A stretch of 64,000 nucleotides of DNA from the UHGV virus genome UHGV-1368191; one strand, given 5' to 3'. The stretch is from a virus. Positions 59,076-64,000 of the stretch are shown piece after piece. The stretch's first letter is position 1. Every line of letters begins with the position of its first letter. The notes under the pieces are model-generated. The model had not been told where the DNA came from. It was given only the letters and a program-made list of their open reading frames with translations, and did no database searches. The position numbers were made by a program, and so were the translations under genes.

Positions 59076-60056
59076 TTATTGTTTTAATTTAGCCTCAAGA
59101 CTAAGTTTTAACTCTTGATGTTTAGGCATATTAAGGTATTTAGCCGCAAAGTTCAATGTAGGCTCTTCATTGTCCTCACATAAAGGAGTACCATCTGATT
59201 TAAGATAGAGCATTCCTCCCCTATTGCTTATAAGACCTTCTTCAACAGCCTTCTTTATGAGAACCTTAGTGTTTAACATGGGGTCTGTAACTACTTTTAC
59301 AAAGAGCTTTGAGTCAGCCTGAATCAATTTACCTACTTTATCTTGTAAGAATTCTATCTTAGAAGTTTTAGCTACAGGTCTACCATCAATAGTCTCTATA
59401 ATAGTCCTAAGAATATCAGGATTCTCTTGGATTTTACCAAATTCCATATAAGCTTGCATAGTAGCTGAAAGCTTCTTCTTAGAGGCTTTAGACTCTTCAT
59501 TTTCATGAATTATAACAAACTGATAAGTAGCTTTAGGATGGTCTTCTACCTCCTGAAGAGAAGGTGCTATATAGTCTCTATTGGCTAATAGAACTTTGTA
59601 TTTAATATAGTCTTCAGGATTAGATAAATCTAAGTAGTTATCCTGCTTTGTGAGTCTCACCATAAAGTTATCCCAATAATTATCTACTTTATTATATATG
59701 GATAACGCATTATACTCAAGACCCATAACCTCCTCAAGATATGCTTTCTCAGAGTTAGTTAAAACATTAACATATGCTCCAGAACTAAGTCTTGGCACTG
59801 TAAACCACCTAACAGCACTCTCAGCCATTCCTCCATAGAGAAGATGCTTTGGATTAGTAACTAACCCAGTCTCTTTAGGTAAGTGTTTTACTATTATTCT
59901 CTCTTTCCTTAAACAGCATACAAGGTCACTATCCTCAGATTCATCCCTTTTCTCTTTTCTTCTTGTCTTTTTTATCACTTTAGGTTCTACTCTTTGCATA
60001 GCCTGTTCCTCCATTATAGAGGAATCATCCAATACCATTTTTTCTACCTTTTCCAT
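59076..60056 (-). CDS. hypothetical head-module protein
   Basis: 326-aa ORF immediately downstream of the capsid-candidate gene terminator. Confidence 0.45.
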   Translation of the reverse strand: MEKVEKMVLDDSSIMEEQAMQRVEPKVIKKTRRKEKRDESEDSDLVCCLRKERIIVKHLPKETGLVTNPKHLLYGGMAESAVRWFTVPRLSSGAYVNVLTNSEKAYLEEVMGLEYNALSIYNKVDNYWDNFMVRLTKQDNYLDLSNPEDYIKYKVLLANRDYIAPSLQEVEDHPKATYQFVIIHENEESKASKKKLSATMQAYMEFGKIQENPDILRTIIETIDGRPVAKTSKIEFLQDKVGKLIQADSKLFVKVVTDPMLNTKVLIKKAVEEGLISNRGGMLYLKSDGTPLCEDNEEPTLNFAAKYLNMPKHQELKLSLEAKLKQ

Positions 60057-60093
60057 ATTTATTTCTCCCTTAATAATTAAAATAAACCATTTA

Positions 60094-60130
60094 AAGAAAA
60101 AAAGGAGTAGGAGCTTTCCTCCTACTCCTT
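60094..60130 (-). terminator. strong rho-independent terminator (minus strand)
   Basis: 12-bp perfect stem aaggagtaggag/ctcctactcctt, loop ctttc, followed on the minus strand by T7. Confidence 0.65.
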
Positions 60131-60135
60131 CTATA

Positions 60136-61599
60136 TTAACCCTGCAATATAGCAGGTATTAATGAAAGTGTTCTTGTTGGGTCTAACACACATACACCAA
60201 GTGTTGCCATTTTATGAACTGTAGCTGAGTCTTCATCGTAACTCATATGTGGGTTACCCATCTGCCCTGTAAACGGATTTCTTAAGCCCCACTGATAACT
60301 ACGTAATTCATTCTCTCCCTTGATTCTACACTTGAATATATTAGGCTGATCCATAGTGCCTATATACCAAATATCATATCTATAGGAGAATGCTGGACCT
60401 CCATTAGGATGGAGTATCTTATTTCTTACTGGATCATCATAAAATGGATCGACATCCAGTTTTACAGTTACTCCATTAGGAGCCTTAAATTGAACAAATT
60501 GGAATCCAGCACTAAGAGCATTATCATGTAATTGTGATTGGGTTTTATCTACTACATGCAGATAGTCATTATTCATCACAAAAGTGGTCCATCCACTAAT
60601 AGTCTGCAATACCGCTTTATGGAATTGCATAGCTCCTCTTTCACCAGTCTTAATTACAAATACCCTATCATTCATGTCAAGCTTAGATGCTGACAGCTCA
60701 TAAAGGGCATCCTCAAGAAGCTTAAGAGAGAACTTATTATAGTACATAGTATTAGCAACTTCGGTTTGTTCAAATATTCCTGCACCTGTCTTTATCACAT
60801 TGCCACTCTTACCGAAGTTCATGTATTCTCCATTACTATTCCTGTTGGAAGTACCAAATGCCTCTACATTATTCTTATACTCAGAGAATTGAAGCTCCAA
60901 CTCCCAGTCCACATAATGCATCCACATATTAGCGGTATCCTTAACTTGCTTACCAGTCTCATCCCTTCTTACCATGGGAATACCGAAAGCAAGCTTTCTA
61001 CCAAGTTTATTACCCCATACTTTGTGGTGAATCCTAATAGTAGACCACTCATTTCTCATGGAAACAGGGGTACTAAATCTAATGTCACCTACCTTACGAG
61101 AGCCTTCACGCTCTACAGGGGCAAATTCAATAGAGAATCTTTCACCAGCAAGAAGTCTTTCAGATGGAATACCCTGAGTTAAACCACCCATAGTTTCACA
61201 CTTATAACAAGCATTGGAACCTTCCATTCTAGCATTCTCAGTAATTCTAATAGGGTAAACCTGATTAAGGTTACCAACTATTACTTCTCCATAGGCAAAC
61301 CAATCCTCGGGGAATACTAAATAAAAGGGAGAAGTTCCAACACCAACATTAGGACTTCCTGCTTCTACTACAGTTCCATTCTCATCTCTTGCCTCAATAA
61401 GAGGAATATTTCGCCTAGAGGAACCGATGACATCCCAATAATATTCATCATCCGTTTCAAATTCTTTAACGGGAAATTGGCTAAGGAATGTATCAAGAGT
61501 CTTTCCTCTGTGATAGGCGAGAAGTTGTACCATAAGGTTTGTAGCTTTCTGAGGAGCCAATTGGAAGATATGACCCAAGTGATTATCACTAGTCAACAA
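60136..61599 (-). CDS. major capsid protein candidate
   Basis: 487-aa ORF, a size typical for crAss-like HK97-fold major capsid proteins. Preceded by a scaffold-like gene and followed by the strongest terminator in the window. No sequence-level proof. Confidence 0.45.
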   Translation of the reverse strand: MLTSDNHLGHIFQLAPQKATNLMVQLLAYHRGKTLDTFLSQFPVKEFETDDEYYWDVIGSSRRNIPLIEARDENGTVVEAGSPNVGVGTSPFYLVFPEDWFAYGEVIVGNLNQVYPIRITENARMEGSNACYKCETMGGLTQGIPSERLLAGERFSIEFAPVEREGSRKVGDIRFSTPVSMRNEWSTIRIHHKVWGNKLGRKLAFGIPMVRRDETGKQVKDTANMWMHYVDWELELQFSEYKNNVEAFGTSNRNSNGEYMNFGKSGNVIKTGAGIFEQTEVANTMYYNKFSLKLLEDALYELSASKLDMNDRVFVIKTGERGAMQFHKAVLQTISGWTTFVMNNDYLHVVDKTQSQLHDNALSAGFQFVQFKAPNGVTVKLDVDPFYDDPVRNKILHPNGGPAFSYRYDIWYIGTMDQPNIFKCRIKGENELRSYQWGLRNPFTGQMGNPHMSYDEDSATVHKMATLGVCVLDPTRTLSLIPAILQG

Positions 61600-61657
61600 T
61601 TCTGTTACCCTAAAGGCTTTTTATCCTTTAGTTCTTACACTTTACCATTGTGTAAGT

Positions 61658-62302
61658 TCAGCATACATTTTCATACTTGTCAGTATGTTGGGCACTCTTG
61701 GAAGAATTATATTCTATGTTATTATATATGCAAGCTTTTCTGAAAGTAGTATAATTCATATTAAGAGATTTAGCTGCTTTTCTTAAGGATTTACACTCCT
61801 GAATAGCTTTAAGAAGAATATTCTTATCAACCTTATTAAATTTCTCTTCTTCTCTATATCTCTCTTTAATCTCTACTCCAGCATTTCTAAGTTCTGTAGT
61901 TATAATATATCTTGTAACCTCGAACTTCCTAGCTATTTCACTTAAAGTAAAACCCTGATTTTTGTAAAGGTCTACTAAGGTTGAAATGCTTAATGCCTTT
62001 CTTTTGAACTTAGGAGTTTTACCTCCTATGCTTACATTATAACCCTTGGATTTATTTGTAGAATCATATAAATCTATATAGTACATTTCTCTATAATCTA
62101 TAACATCTATATTACAGATTTCTAAAGTCTCTACATAGAACTTATCTACCCCATACTTCCTCATAGCTCTGTTAATAACTTGGTCTCCATATTTAGCGTG
62201 TCTAAGATGCTCTTTCCATCTTGTATCCACACTTACTTTAGTTTGCCCTATGTAGACTTTACTATTAACAGTGTTTCTAATGATGTAAATAAATCCATTC
62301 AT
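61658..62302 (-). mobile_element. freestanding GIY-YIG homing endonuclease gene
   Basis: 'GFIYIIRNTVNSKVYIGQT...RWKEHLRH' (GIY...YIG...R...E/H core) plus C-terminal HTH-like segments ('FTLSEIARKFEVTRYII', 'SLRKAAKSLNMNYTTFRKA'). Sits between two structural genes. Confidence 0.75.
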
Positions 62303-62519
62303 AGTTTCATCTTCTATGCGTTACACTGTCTTTATGTATTACCATAAAAGATTAGCTCGGTATTACCCTAGGCTTTAACTTTGGAGGGCTTCACCGATTT
62401 TACCCAATTTTACAAGGGCTTAACTTGTGAGTCAACCCTTCCAATGTTGGAACTCCAACATTTGAAGTCTACCAAGTTTTCCTGCCATAATTAGTTATAT
62501 TACATTAAACAATACTTAT

Positions 62520-63677
62520 CTATACATCAAGAGACCAGCCTTTACCAGAGTAGGACTCGGGATCATCATCAGTATCACCCATAAAGGTAGGATTTCCCTT
62601 TGGTACATTAGTATTCCTTAATGTATGTTCCAACTCTCTGAGGCTATTCTTGACTTCTTTTCTAACTTTTCCTTTGACAAGCATATCAAGGTTCTTAAAA
62701 CCATTAGTAAGAGTAAAAATCACTCCAAGTTTCTTTCTGAACTCAACAGGATTATCTACTTCATACTTTTGGATAGCTGTAAGATATTCACCATCTTCAG
62801 TCTTATAAACTGGCTTGGCTATGCTATCATAGGCTCTTTGTCTTGTAGCTCTATCCATTGTAATGCCATCAAAGATTTCTTTATCCTCAAGCATTTGCTT
62901 TTTAAGAGAAAGAGCTTCTTTTTTCAGTCTTTCCTTATCAGCATCAGCTTCTTCTTTTCCTTCCTTGATTAGTTCATTGTACTTTGACTCAAAGAAATCC
63001 TTGTTGCTCTTATAAGCATCCTTGGCATCTTCAATGTCTGAGCCACTGTCAAAGGATTTTTTAACTTCCCTGGAAGCTCTTTCTTTAGAGAATCCCCTAT
63101 TTAGAAGATCCTGATATATAAGTTGTTTTCTGAGGGTCTCTCCTTTTTCTGACTCATCCTTTATATTATCTTCAGTAATTTGGTCAAGATACCCTAAAAC
63201 ATTCTCATATTGCCTAATTTCATCAGGCTCTAAATTAGCTTCCAAAGCAGCTGAAATTCTCTTTTGTCTATCATCCAATCTTGCTTCGGCTTGTCTCTCA
63301 ATAGCTTTGGCAAAATCCTCTGAAGACTTTATACTTTTAACAAAATCATCATCAAGGTCAGGGAGGATACCATCTTCTACTAAGGCATTGGCAATGGAAT
63401 TGTAGAAGTTAGAGTTGGGAGAAGAACCACCACCTTTATGTGAAGTGGTATCCTCTGTTCCCTTTTCTTCTTTATCATCATCACTACCTACGCTCTCTGG
63501 TTCAAATAAATCCTCAGGATCTACATGTTCCTCAGTAGTTGGTTTTTCTTTCTTCTCTTTTTCCCCTTTTTCTTCTTTTTCTTCAGCAGGAGGGGTATCC
63601 TGCTCTTCATTGTCAAATAAGCTTAGAGTATCAATCTCATCACCTGACAATATAAAACTATCATTCAGTTCTTCCAT
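62520..63677 (-). CDS. acidic, coiled-coil-rich protein (scaffolding-like)
   Basis: 385-aa ORF, poly-acidic N-terminus (EEKEEKGEKEKKEKP), predicted helical Lys/Glu-rich heptad-like segments. Positioned upstream of the capsid candidate. Confidence 0.35.
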   Translation of the reverse strand: MEELNDSFILSGDEIDTLSLFDNEEQDTPPAEEKEEKGEKEKKEKPTTEEHVDPEDLFEPESVGSDDDKEEKGTEDTTSHKGGGSSPNSNFYNSIANALVEDGILPDLDDDFVKSIKSSEDFAKAIERQAEARLDDRQKRISAALEANLEPDEIRQYENVLGYLDQITEDNIKDESEKGETLRKQLIYQDLLNRGFSKERASREVKKSFDSGSDIEDAKDAYKSNKDFFESKYNELIKEGKEEADADKERLKKEALSLKKQMLEDKEIFDGITMDRATRQRAYDSIAKPVYKTEDGEYLTAIQKYEVDNPVEFRKKLGVIFTLTNGFKNLDMLVKGKVRKEVKNSLRELEHTLRNTNVPKGNPTFMGDTDDDPESYSGKGWSLDV

Positions 63678-63843
63678 AATTATCTTCTCCTACAAGTAAT
63701 TAACTCTGCAAAGTTAGTGACAATTTGAAATATAGACAAGATATTAAATTGAATGTTTATTGAGCTATAAACAAGTACCTTATTTACTGCTCCCTATTAT
63801 ACAAAAGAAGGGATGTAGATTACTACATCCCTACTTGAACCTA

Positions 63844-64000
63844 TTACACTTCCTTGAAGTATTTATATACTTTGGAGCTTCCTTTGTAATCATCATCCTT
63901 GAACCAGAAGTTTACTGCTGATTCAATTATCTTTGTATCAATGTTGTCTCCAAACCATTCTTTCATTAAACTGTAATAGTCATGATACTGGGCATTAATG
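63844..64000 (-). CDS. 3' end of an unidentified gene (truncated by window edge)
   Basis: Minus-strand frame open from the window edge to TAA at 63844-63846, encoding ...INAQYHDYYSLMKEWFGDNIDTKIIESAVNFWFKDDDYKGSSKVYKYFKEV. Confidence 0.3.
   Translation of the reverse strand, partial: INAQYHDYYSLMKEWFGDNIDTKIIESAVNFWFKDDDYKGSSKVYKYFKEV

Noticed and set aside
61600-61657. Hairpin ctaaagg/cctttag between the GIY-YIG gene end and the capsid-candidate start, as a terminator
   Set aside because: No T-tract on either strand; more likely a 5'-UTR structure or coincidental.
62340-62480. GC-richer intergenic segment examined as a possible tRNA or small RNA gene
   Set aside because: No T-loop (GTTCRA) or D-loop consensus. 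The only hairpin has a 9-bp stem with a 3-nt loop, incompatible with a tRNA anticodon arm. No cloverleaf can be drawn.
1-64000. Search for CRISPR arrays, rRNA, integrase/attachment sites
   Set aside because: No regularly spaced direct repeats, no rRNA-like conserved stretches, and no tyrosine/serine recombinase motifs were seen; the content is consistent with a virulent phage.

Overview
This window reads as a 64 kb stretch of a low-GC, AT-rich, densely packed dsDNA phage genome with no rRNA, tRNA or CRISPR array detected. I read it as crAss-like (Crassvirales-like), on gene content and architecture only. On the plus strand, 1..23200 is a replication and nucleotide-metabolism module. It holds a DnaG-like primase, a family-A DNA polymerase with 3'-5' exonuclease, dUTPase, a UNG-like uracil-DNA glycosylase, an intein-containing ribonucleotide reductase, an intein-containing ThyX, RecB-fold nucleases, a retropepsin-like protease, a HicA-like protein and many small ORFs. 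Two giant plus-strand genes (3050 and 1319 aa) follow. They converge, at a bidirectional terminator near 36400, on a minus-strand virion module: a 2484 aa multidomain protein, large tail proteins, a candidate major capsid protein flanked by strong terminators, and a scaffold-like acidic protein. Selfish elements are frequent: two inteins (one HNH, one LAGLIDADG), a freestanding HNH homing endonuclease and a freestanding GIY-YIG homing endonuclease. The most unusual candidate is a cluster near the left end (1626..6510). It pairs a clear JAB/MPN (JAMM) metalloprotease gene with an adjacent, clear E1-like ThiF/MoeB adenylyltransferase gene, with a possible ubiquitin-like beta-grasp domain two genes upstream, suggesting a phage-encoded ubiquitin-like conjugation/deconjugation module. 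The giant packaged proteins also carry NAD/ADP-ribose-related domain signatures. One is a SLOG(YpsA-like)+NADAR pair in the N-terminal third of the 3050 aa putative virion RNA polymerase. The other is a PARP-like H-Y-E ADP-ribosyltransferase-like motif set, with GNAT-like, HExxH and RecB-like nuclease motifs, in the 2484 aa protein. All domain calls come from motif-level reading of the translations and need profile searches (HHpred, HMMER) to confirm.
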